A DNA stretch of 63,838 bases, filler included, from Kipferlia bialata (Eukaryota), in assembly GCA_003568945.1 (NCBI GenBank). It is 5 parts of 5 records of this genome, joined end to end, with 100 filler letters (N's around TTAATTAATTAA, not from the genome) between each part and the next. Parts side by side here need not be neighbours in the genome. Positions count along the whole stretch, not along the records: positions 1 to 26,736 come from BDIP01000055.1; positions 26,837 to 49,011 come from BDIP01000058.1; 3 more parts are not named here. One strand, 5' to 3'. The first letter of the stretch is position 1, and every line of letters begins with the position of its first letter. The translations under genes were made by a program, and so were the position numbers. Below the pieces are notes generated by a model. That model worked only from the letters and a program-made list of their open reading frames with translations. It ran no database searches and was not told the origin of the DNA. Shown in pieces: positions 15,501 through 26,924 of the stretch.

Positions 15501-16070
15501 TCCACACTCCCTCTCCTCCCCATCTGGACCCTCAATGCCAAGGGGGCCTGAGGGTGAGTATTACACTAATACATACACATATATATAACAGAGTAGATAT
15601 TCTATACATAAGAGTAGATACACTATACTCCCCATCTGGACCCTCAATGCCAAGGGGGCCTAGGATTAGTTATATATATGTGTGTATTTATATATGTATA
15701 TATATGATACTATTCATACACTATACTCCCCATCTGGACCCTCAATGCCAAGGGGGCCTGGGGGTGAGTTACATAGGTGTAACATTACATATATGTATAC
15801 GTATTAGAGTATTTATAGCATACGCCATATACTCCCCATCTGGACCCTCAATGCCAAGGGGGCCTGGGGGTGAGTTATATATATATATATATCACTGTGC
15901 ACCAACTATACATACACATCTGGACCCTCAATGCCTAGGGGGCCTAGGATTAGATATATAGATATATACATATATATACATAAATAAGAGTAGATACTCT
16001 ATACATAAGAGTAGATACACTATACTCCCCATCTGGACCCTCAATGCCCAGGGGGCCTGGTGTGAGAAAT

Positions 16071-16108
<38 letters not shown>

Positions 16109-17715
16109 AAGACAATATCAATGTATACTCCCCATCTGGACCCTCAATGCCAAGGGGGCCTGAGGGTGAGTAATGTATATATATATATAAGAGTAGATAC
16201 TCAATACCAAGGGGGCCTGGAGTTATGAGAATAGAACAATAACTAATGCATATATAGATACGTAATATAGTAATATAGCAATAACAATTATAGAAATATA
16301 TAGTACTATATAGTAAACATCATATATACATATATATATATATATATATACCTAGCATCCTCTGGAAGACTGGCAGTGGCACCCCAGCCTGCTGGGCACC
16401 TGTCCTGACGGTGTTAGTATCAGGATCTCATATATATGATGCAGATACTAATACAGGATCTACATATGAACATACTGATATATATATATATATATACATT
16501 TATATTGATACTCATACCTGACAGGCATGTACTCAGTCTGGATCTACATATGTACATATGTACCTATTGATACTGATACTGATATATATATATATATATC
16601 ATATATATTGATACTCATACCTGACAGGCATGTACTCAGTCTGACTACTGTGCATGGCCATATGTACATACTGATACTGATACTGATATATATATATATA
16701 TATATAAATACATATATATATATATATATATATACATATATATTGATACTCATACCTGACAGGCATGTACTCAGTCTGACTGCTGTGCATGGCCTTGTGG
16801 CGCTGTCTAACCCTGGGTGTGTCAGTAAACTACACGATTGTAGTAGAGTAAATCCAACAACACGATAGAGATTCTACACGGTATACCTTGAGGATAGGGC
16901 ATTAGCCAGGGTAGAGTAGGATGGCCCCTCTGTGGTTGCGTTGATGGAGCAGGAGCGCATGTATCTGGGTGAGAATATACAAAGAATATCCAACAACAAC
17001 AAATGCAATGAGTCTTGATCTAGAGGGGTTACTAGGGGGCCTAGTAGCATCAAATTAACCATTAATACTATTAGATTGATAAGGATATAGAAGAGTCTAT
17101 GTCCACATATGTACCCATATGTATGTGACGCCTGCGAGTCTCTAAAAAAGAATGCTGCGTATATATAATACAAATATAATAGACATACAATAGATATAGT
17201 ATACATATATAAACTAGTGGTCTATGATGTATGCGTACCCTGTGAGTCTCTCGCTGAGAGTGGTGTTGGGGTCACTCTCGGGGATGTCCTGGAGTCATTA
17301 CAGGTAGTGAAAGATGAAAGTAAGAAAGGTCAGGCTTGGTTGTACAGAAGACGCACTCACATATATATATATATATATAGGTGTTCTAATGCCCAGTCTC
17401 ATGTGTGTGTGTGTGTGTGTGTGTATGTACCTTGTCGATGGATATCACGCTGACCCTGACGGGGTGGGCCAGATTGATCATCTATATATGTATCTATATA
17501 TTACTATATATATAATATACATGCATTATCGACTGATATGGCGGATATATATATATATATATATATCTTATATATAGAGAGTATATATGTACCTTGTCGA
17601 TGGATATGGCACTGACCCTCACTGGGGTGGGTCCCTTGGCCAGATTGGCCACAACCACACTGCCCTTGGTCTGGGACAGGACCTAGGGGGGTTAGTTATA
17701 CATGTACTATTGTAT

Positions 17716-17748
<33 letters not shown>

Positions 17749-20700
17749 CTCATATTGATATATATATGCATGCATGGTGTATACAACCACACTGTCCTTG
17801 GTCTGGGACAGGACCTAGAGGGGTTAGTTATATATATATATACATATATATACATACTGCCTATAATACTATTTACATGGTTATATATGTGTATATGTAT
17901 CATATACAACCACACTGCCCTTGGTCTGGGAGAGGACCTAGCGGGGTTAGGCATATGTGTAAACACGTATCACATCATATGTATGTGTGTAATATATACT
18001 AAATACCTGTCTTGGATCCCTTGGCAGATTAGGGTGGCAGCTGAATGTGCACTCGTCATCCTCAGAGTCAGCACACATGGAGATACCGTACTGGGCCTAG
18101 GTTATCAGTCAAGCAGAACTACGCGATACGATGAACGACACTGATAATCTACGCGGTATGAACATGGTAAATCTACGCGGTTACCTTTGTGCCCTCGGGG
18201 ATGTCCTCCATGTGTGCAAAGGAGCACAGGGGCATGGCAAACACGCCCTGCAGATAGGAAACACGCTCAGCGTACTCGGCGGCGTACTTCTCCTGACTGT
18301 CAGTTTCTATTCGGCATGGTTTTAAGTATTCTACGCGGTTTGGAGTGTCCGTACCTTGATCCCGCTGATCCTGCGCACCACCTCGTTCATGACTGTCTCG
18401 ACACCTGCCCTGTCACCGTTGGACAGGGAGTGGGACTGGAGTAAGGGTATGCACAATATATATTGGAGGGGGGGGGGGGGTGACTGGGGGAAAGATGACG
18501 TACAAAAGAGAATCATACGGTTGCAGTATAGATAGTCACCGTACCTGCCGGATGAATGGGAATGCCAGGTTGGCCTTTCCCTTGGTGACATAGGGAGTGG
18601 AGGGGGGCACACAGAGGACATACACGTCGTCAGGGTTGTTGACAACACCTGATAGTCAGAACATCGCGTAGAAAGTGGAGCATATCGCGTAGAAACACAC
18701 CTCTGCTGTTGAGGTAGACCATGCATGAGTTGCGGCATGTGTCGTAAAGGTCACGGCACTGCTGAAGCTCGGGAAACACCTCCTGATGGTCAGTATGCAC
18801 TAATCCAGTATGGAGTGTGTCTATATCGTGTAGAAATATATATACCTCGTGGACCTTTGCCTTGCCCTTCTTCTGCTTCCTGCTCTTGGGGGCCATCACC
18901 ACACAGCCTGGGGTCAGAGAATATGTATATGGATCTATATATAATATAGTATATATACTTAGTCTATATATAGTATAGTATAGTATCATATCACCACACA
19001 GCCTGGGGTCAGAGTGTACATATAGGGAAAGAACAGATAATACCAGTATCATATACATATATACCCTACCTCTCTTGCATACGACACTGAGCACCCTGAC
19101 TGGCACACAACTGGCACATATTTATATATATACTAATACTAATATCTACTCATACATATATCTATACCCGTATAACCATATAGCTCTCTTGCACATATAT
19201 ATATATATATATATATATATACTCTACCTCTCTTGCACACCACACTGAGCACCCTGACTGGCACACAACTGGGCCAGAGACCCAGGGAGACAGTCGAGGC
19301 AGAGCCAAGACGGAGCTCCTAGAGATAAGAACTACACGATGTATACAATCGTGTAAAGAGAATAGGAAGAGAGACAGTGGAGGCAGAGCCTAGACGGAGC
19401 TCCTAGAGATAAGAATAGATAACTACGCGATGTTAATAGCCGTGTAGACTGACCAACATACCTGCCCAGTCTGCACTGTGAATGCCTCCACCAGCTTGTG
19501 TGCCATGTGTCTCTGCCTATCTATGCTGTCTATGGCCATATTCAACTCCCCAAGACTGTCCCTGATGACGCTGGTGTTGTACCTAACATAAGACAAACGC
19601 GTAGAAAGCTATATATATATATATCGCGTAAGTTTTGGTTATACCTGGGGTACATGCGCACTGTGTGACAGGGGTACTTGGTGTTGAGGTTGTTGACCTT
19701 GATGCGAGGCTTGCCCTGCAACTGAAGGCTCACGTCACACAAGGTCAACCTGGGTCAGATACAGTATCATAAAGGAAGAGCCTCTCATATAGACCTGATA
19801 TATGGTATACACAAGCACTACAATACATGTATAGAGTCACTCACTTTGGCAATGGGTCCTCGGGTCCCTTGGGGAAGTCAGTGCCGGCATAGCCTAAGGA
19901 TGAGAGGGATGAACTACACATTTGCTATTATAGCCAAGTACATACACACCTGTGACTCTAAACTTACAGTAGTAGTGCATAGACACATGCATTGTGTATA
20001 ATAATATTCACACATAAATATCATGCATACCTGTTGCGTATGCACACTCAGTAGTGCCACTGTATATATCTCTCTCCCTATATACTTGATGTATACACAT
20101 ACCTGTGACCGGTGTTGCATCTGCACCCACTGGGTATGTGGCACAGGGGGGGAAGGCGGTGCCTGGGGTGAGGGTCATAGGGTACTATATGAATACCTTC
20201 AGCAACCAATGAATATACAATAATACATATGAGTATATACCTTCGGCAATGAGTGCCCCGGAAGGGTATAGGGCAGGTGCCCTCCCCCCAGCTGTGTCGG
20301 CATGTCCGTATGAGGCAGGGTAGTGTCCATCGAAGAAGGGTGAGTCCAGGGAGTACACCAGAGACCGGTCAGAGACACCAGCGCTCCTCAGCTCGGGTAG
20401 CACATCCCCCTGGAAGAGAGCGGGGACAGACCTGAGGGGTAGTGAGGAACCGCGTAAGTTACAGTAATTACGCGATATATTCTATATCTTACCTATCTGT
20501 CACTGGGACTACTCTACCACCGTCAACGTGAACTCCGCTAGTGATTGGGCGTGTTGTGAAGAGGTATGTGTTGCCACATCTGTTAAGTAGAGCGGTGCGG
20601 TCATCAACCTCCTGGTGATGAGAGGATATACATTAGAACATATGCATATATAGATAAATAAATATTAGACAATTACACATATATACACAGCGGTTGAGGA

Positions 20701-22456
20701 GAGCGGTGCGGTCATCTACCTCATGGGGGGTGAGACATGCAGAATGTGTACATATATATGTATAACTGTATACCTTCGGTGCTACTGTAGCCAGTCCGTC
20801 TATGGCTGCGTCTAGGGCAGGTGACTCTCTCTCTCTCTCTCTTTATATATATATATATATATATGTGTGTATATATAAGTGTACTAGTGTATACCTTCGG
20901 TGCTACTGTAGCGAGTCTCTCTATGGCAGCGTCTAGGGCAGGTGACTCTCTCTCTCTCTCTCTCTCTATACATATATAAATATATGTATATATAAGTGTA
21001 CTACTGCATACCTTAGGTCCTACTGTAGCCAGTCCCTCTATGGCTGCGTCTAGGGCAGGTCAATATAGTATATGTATATATACTATTTTATACTATATAT
21101 AATGTACCTTAGGAGCAACTGTCTGCAGTCCCTCTATGGCGGCGTCTAGGGCAGGTGGTACACTATGTACATACAATATATATATAGTTATACAAATACA
21201 TATCACTATACATACCTTGGGTCCTACAGTAGCCAGTCCCTGTATGGCGGCGTCTAGGGCAGGTGGGGGCTGAAGGGGCACGTGGGTGTGGGGGGGCTTG
21301 AGAGAGGAGGAGGCGCTGTTGGGGTATCTCTGTCTAGTAAAGCTGGGGGTAAGAATGAATGTCTATGTATACATATGATATTGTGAAATACATAGTACGT
21401 AGCATGGGACACACGTGCCTGTTGTACTTCGCTGCATACTATATACTGTATACTATATACATACACGTACTGGTTGTACTTGGCTGCACATATGGACACA
21501 TAGGGCACAAGGTATACTCCGTACGAGTATATATGCAGATTGTGTACCATATATATAATAATGCATATATATAGACATATACGTACTGGTTGTACTTGGC
21601 AGCACAGATGGACACATAGGGAACAAGGGCACTGGGGGGGTTGTGCTCACTGGGTGTTAGAGGGAGTGTACGTAGTATAGGTATAGTACAGTACTACTTG
21701 TACATATATATATGCTATGTATAGTATATATACACTGTACAATAGGGCACAAGGACACTGGGGGGGTTGTGCTCACTGGGGTGAGACAATACGATACGAC
21801 ATATACATATGTATAAGTATACATTGAGAGAGAGAGAGAGAGAGAGTAGGGCACAAGGGCACTGGGTCGGTTGTGCTGACTGAGTGATATATGGAAAGAG
21901 AGTCATATACACAAATAGTACAGGGCTGTTCTCCCCTGAACATATCCATTTGTGAGATCTTAGGGATTTAGCTATAGAAATACAACTGTAGATATACCTA
22001 GATATGGTGATTGACTCGTGGAATGGTGCCAGGGGTGACATACACTCACACATACACACTATACCACTGAGATAGCCTAGCTATAGTACACACTATTATA
22101 TATATATACCTAGATATGGTGATTGACTCGTGGAATGGGGCCAGGGGTGACACAAAGGTGACCTCACTAGGCCACCCAGCCAGGATGTCTGGGCAGGAGA
22201 GAGAGAGGTTGCCGACCTGGGAATAAGGGTGTAGAGGGAGAGAGAGAGAGAGAGAGATCTAGTCTGGAGAGAGATATGCCGACATATTTGTAAATAAATA
22301 TACATATAGTATATATACACTATATACTATACCTTGTTCTTGTGCATTGCAGTGAGTGATGGACTGGGGCAGATGGATAGCAGTACATACAGAGTATAAT
22401 ACTATCACACACATATAATAATAGTAAGAATATAGTACCATGTTAATACCATAGAG

Positions 22457-22487
<31 letters not shown>

Positions 22488-23235
22488 ATATACCTTGTTC
22501 TTGTGCATGGCAGTCAGGGATGGACTGGGGCAGATGGAGAGTAATGCATATATACTACAGTATACTATACAATAGTATATACACACTATATACTATACCT
22601 TGTTCTTGTGCATTGCTGTCAGGGATGGGCTGGGGCAGATGGACAGCAGTACAGCCAGAGGGGGGGCAGGGGAGGAGGGCTCAAAGACATCAATGTCTGT
22701 CAGGTAGGCCTTGTCCTGATAATAAGGGTGTAGAGGGAGAGAGAGAGAGAGGGGGGGAGGCAGGAGGGAATAAAGGCATCAATGTCTGTCAGGTATGCCT
22801 TGTCCTGATATTAAGGGTGTAGAGGGAGAGAGAGATAGGCAGGGGAGGTCTCTATATACACATGTAGTCTCTCTACCTCTGTCTTCAGGAACAGGTCACT
22901 GGCAAAGGGGGCAGTGTTATGTACATACACAACATATATACCTGCTTACTGTCTATCCATACTAATATACTCTCAATATATATATATACTGATATACAGT
23001 ACCTGTGTCTTCAGGAACAGGTCACTGGCAAAGGGGGCAAAGATATGCATACGCATTATATATATAGTATAATGTCGATCTAGACATACTTTCTTGATAT
23101 ACATATTGAGAGAGAGAGAGAGAGAGAGAGTAATTGTACCTCTGTCTTGAGGAATAGGTCACTGGCAAAGGGGGCAAACCTCGGCTCAAAGTACTCTCTC
23201 CAGTGGGGGACACCGACCCTAGGAATTAGAGGGTC

Positions 23236-23281
<46 letters not shown>

Positions 23282-23954
23282 AAAGAATATATGCTCAAAG
23301 TACTCTCTCCAGTGGGGGACACCCACCCTAGAGGGGTTAGAGAAACATATACACACAAACATATATTATGGATTTATATATATATACTTGGATATGTACG
23401 TTACCTGAACCAGTAGTGCAGCACATACATATAATGAAACAAATTAATATATAACAAAATGCACTATATATAATATAAATTATATAATAAAAAATATGTG
23501 TATCGTATATCTACTAAGTGTATTCATGTATATATACACACCTGAACCAGTAGTGGAGCACATACACAGTCATCCGGACATACTGGCGGCGCAGGGACTG
23601 GAGGGGTCAGAGAGAGTCAGACAGTATGTACAGAGATACACATACACATACACGTTCACCGTTCACCGTTCACCGTACCTGGTGGAAGTCCCTAGCCTCG
23701 AGCTTCTGTGCCATTCTATCAGAGGTGCGCATGGCATCCCAGTGAGAGGGCTGAGGGGTAAGTATATTGTACACTTACATATACACACACATACAGATAT
23801 TTAGTAGAATGTACATACATATGTATATACACGTACATATATATGTATATATATATATGTATATAGTGCTATTCTGTCAGAGGTGCGCATGGCATCCCAG
23901 TGGGAGGGCTGGTATGAGTACATTTCCTATACACATACACACACATATATATAC

Positions 23955-23988
<34 letters not shown>

Positions 23989-25742
23989 GTATAGATATAT
24001 ATATATATATCTGTCAGAGGTGCGCATGTCAGCCCAGTTCGAGGACTGGAATTAGTATTCTTAAACTATAAATACACACATGAATTCATACTAGTATGAA
24101 TTAACACGTATTTATCAATATCTGTCAGATGTACGCATGGCATCCCAGTGAGAAGGCTAGAGTGAGACTATTCCTATACATACTATAAGTACCTAGATAC
24201 ACACACACACACAAATATATATATATATATATATGTATCCATACCTCCATGTCAGGCAGTGGCAGGCCTCACCACCATATACATACAAGTACAAACTACA
24301 TATATACATATATATATACATACACACACATATATATATATAAATATGAATAAATACCTCCATGTCACCGAGTGGCAGGCCCTGCCTCACCAGACACTCA
24401 CCCTCCAGCCAGGTCTCATCTGCCTGAAGGGGTTAGAGGGGCAGACATACTCATATATATATACCATATGTACCTGCACCCACGGGGCCTGGTCGAACTT
24501 CTGCTTGTAGTATAGTCTCCTCATCTCATTCATGAAGGATAGCCTGGACATGGCCTGCATCTCGTCAGGGTCACACCTAAAAGTCAGGAGGCGTATATTG
24601 TGTAGGAAAAATATGTAAATATACTGTCATACCTCTCCCTGACCTCCTTGGACAGCTTGTCTCCCTCTCTTTCTCTCTATATATATAGTCGTCTAATAAT
24701 CTACTAATGAACAGTATACAAATACTCAGTGCTCCACAATGGCCATACCTCTCCCTGACCTCCTTGGACAGCTTGTCATCGGGAATGCCATCGATCCTGG
24801 GGGTGAATTACCAAGTATAATAGTATAATATTACGTTCATTGACATCGATACCAACTAATACAATATAAAGGCATATGTACACAGTAAAACACGTATCGA
24901 GAGCAGTTTTGTAACATGTTCCTCTTGCGAGAACTCGTACTTTCTAGACTGAACACTCATAAGATACTACGTGAAGTGTGTCTCATACCTGTTCACCTCC
25001 TCCGAAAGTGTGTCTATCCACTCCCTCACAGGCTGGGGGACGTCTCTGGCATTCCTGGGGTCAAAGAGAAATATAGCTTACACGATATGTATGATACGAC
25101 TATAAATCCTACACGATGTATATGAATATCGCGTACTTTCTGTTCTTGATCTCCTTCTTGATGGACATGAGCTGGTCCGTGAGGAAGCCGACCTCCTGCA
25201 TGGCTGCCACACTCTGCAGCATCTCCTAAGGGGTTAGAACGTACACACAAATTGTAGAGGGATTAGTATATAGAGAGAGGTAAAGAGGCATATATAGAAA
25301 TAGTATACATGTATCTTGCATGGCAGCCACACTCTGTAGCATCTCCTAACAGTGAGTATATCTAGAATCATACTATACATATACTACATATATACCTGGT
25401 ACAGCTCAATGTTGAGGATGGTCTTGGTGGACCTGTATGCTATATATACTTGGTATATATACTATATAAACCATATACTATATATGTACTACAAATATAT
25501 ACCTGGTACAGCTCAATGTTGAGGATAGTCTTTGTGGATCTGTCCGTGAGGTAGAGACCCTTGGACAGGACCTTGTCCTTGTACACACTGGGGGTGAGAT
25601 ATATGTGTGTACACAATCAGATATGTACAATACAATAAGAGAGAGAGAGAGAGAGAGAGGAAGAGACCCTTGGACAGCACCTTGTCCTTGTACACACTGG
25701 AGGTGAGATATATGTATATGCATAAGCAAAATAGTCCATAAG

Positions 25743-25777
<35 letters not shown>

Positions 25778-26736
25778 ACACGATCTTGTCCTTGTAGACA
25801 CTGGGGGAGGGATAGACAATTTACTATATGAAACAAATGAATACAACAAAAGCATTTATAGATTGATGTAAGGGCTCGCCACATAGACTATATATACACC
25901 TGATGATTGACTCCAGTGCCCCCTCTCTGATTGTACTTACTATATGTTTATTTGAATAAAGTGTATATATATATATGTATGTACCTAATGATTGACTCGA
26001 GTGCCCCCTCTCTGATTGTATATAGTTCACACTATGTATACAAATACATCATATATTAATGAGTACTGTAACCAACCTGATAATTGACTCCAGTGCCCCC
26101 TCTCTGATTGAATACAGTTCACTATATACTAATTATCATTAAATATAATCATGTATATACCTGATGATAGACTCCAGTGCCCCCTCTCTGACTGTATGTA
26201 GTATAGTATAAAGTACATAGTAGCATACATAGCAGTAAACATAGTAGTATAGTATACCTGATAATTGACTCGAGTGCCCCCTCTCTGGTTGTACTATATG
26301 TATATATGTATAGAATATATATATATATATATATACACCTGATGATAGACTCGAGTGCCCCCTCTCTGATAGTAAAGCCAGGCAGAGGTGGGAGGAAGTC
26401 ATTGCCCACAGACAGACAGAGCAGAATGAAGTCATCAACCACACGCTCAATGTCTAGAGGGACTTGTCCCTAAGGTTAGTATATAGGGAGAGAGAGAGAG
26501 AGAGACAGAGCAGAATGAAGTCATCAACCACACGCTCGATATCAAGGGGCACTTGGCCCTAAGGTTAGTATGTTAGAGAGAGAGAGAGAGAGAGACAGAG
26601 CAGGATGAAGTCATCCACTACTCTCTCAATGTCTAGAGGGACCTGGCCCTTGGATAAGTATGTTGTATATGGAAAGATGGGAGGAGGGGGGGGGGAGTGA
26701 GAGAGAGATATATATATACCTCCGGCATGTCCTCTG
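10098..26736 (-). CDS. XRN1: 5'-3' exoribonuclease XRN1 (dozens of exons, 5' part lost at the contig end)
   Basis: XRN family motifs: DIERVVDDFILLCLSVGNDFLPPLPGFTIREGAL (26340-26469), YYKQKF (about 24500), YVLHYWFR|GVPHWREYFEPRFAPFASDLF (23140-23600) and PPLAVLLSICP. A long C-terminal extension ending in a Pro-rich exon with TGA at 10098 favours XRN1 over XRN2. That the whole span is one gene is inferred from continuous minus-strand exons. Confidence 0.88.
15518..16220 (-). repeat. Intronic exon-echo array: 7 copies of acceptor plus first ~10 codons of an XRN1 exon
   Basis: CCCCATCTGGACCCTCAATGCC(A/T/C)AGGGGGCCT occurs at about 15518 (real exon), 15630, 15728, 15833, 15918, 16027, 16130 and 16200, with TA-rich spacers. 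Confidence 0.92.
20771..21265 (-). repeat. Intronic exon-echo array: 4 copies of exon 3' end plus donor (PALDAAIxxLxTVxPK|GT)
   Basis: Copies at about 20771, 20891, 21008 and 21103, versus the real exon end at about 21214-21265. Confidence 0.92.
25897..26653 (-). repeat. Exon-echo arrays flanking the XRN1 GNDFLP exon (2 upstream 5'-end copies, 5 downstream 3'-end copies)
   Basis: GQVPLDIERVVDDFILLC copies at 26503-26558 and 26593-26648; REGALESII|GT copies at about 25898, 25983, 26075, 26158 and 26257. Confidence 0.93.
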
Positions 26737-26836
26737 NNNNNNNNNNNNNNNNNNNNNNNNNNNNNNNNNNNNNNNNNNNNTTAATTAATTAANNNNNNNN
26801 NNNNNNNNNNNNNNNNNNNNNNNNNNNNNNNNNNNN
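26737..26836. other. Artificial contig linker N44-TTAATTAATTAA-N44
   Basis: Exactly 100 nt, with a six-frame stop cassette between N runs; identical at four places in the window. Confidence 0.97.
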
Positions 26837-26882
<46 letters not shown>

Positions 26883-26924
26883 TACATAAGTGTAGAGAAC
26901 AGGGGTATCATTGTGCGTGCACCC

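Noticed and set aside
15518..16220. CRISPR-like repeat-spacer array
   Set aside because: The repeat is a copy of an XRN1 exon start with its acceptor. Spacers are low-complexity and variable in length, there are no cas genes, and the context is eukaryotic.
20771..21160. Dscam-style mutually exclusive exon cluster as the explanation for echoes
   Set aside because: The copies are half-exons with only one splice site, and many encode identical peptides, so they cannot be complete alternative exons.
26781..26792. TTAATTAATTAA as a piggyBac target site or regulatory motif
   Set aside because: It is always centred in 44+44 Ns and is an artificial six-frame stop linker. Adjacency across linkers carries no biological meaning.
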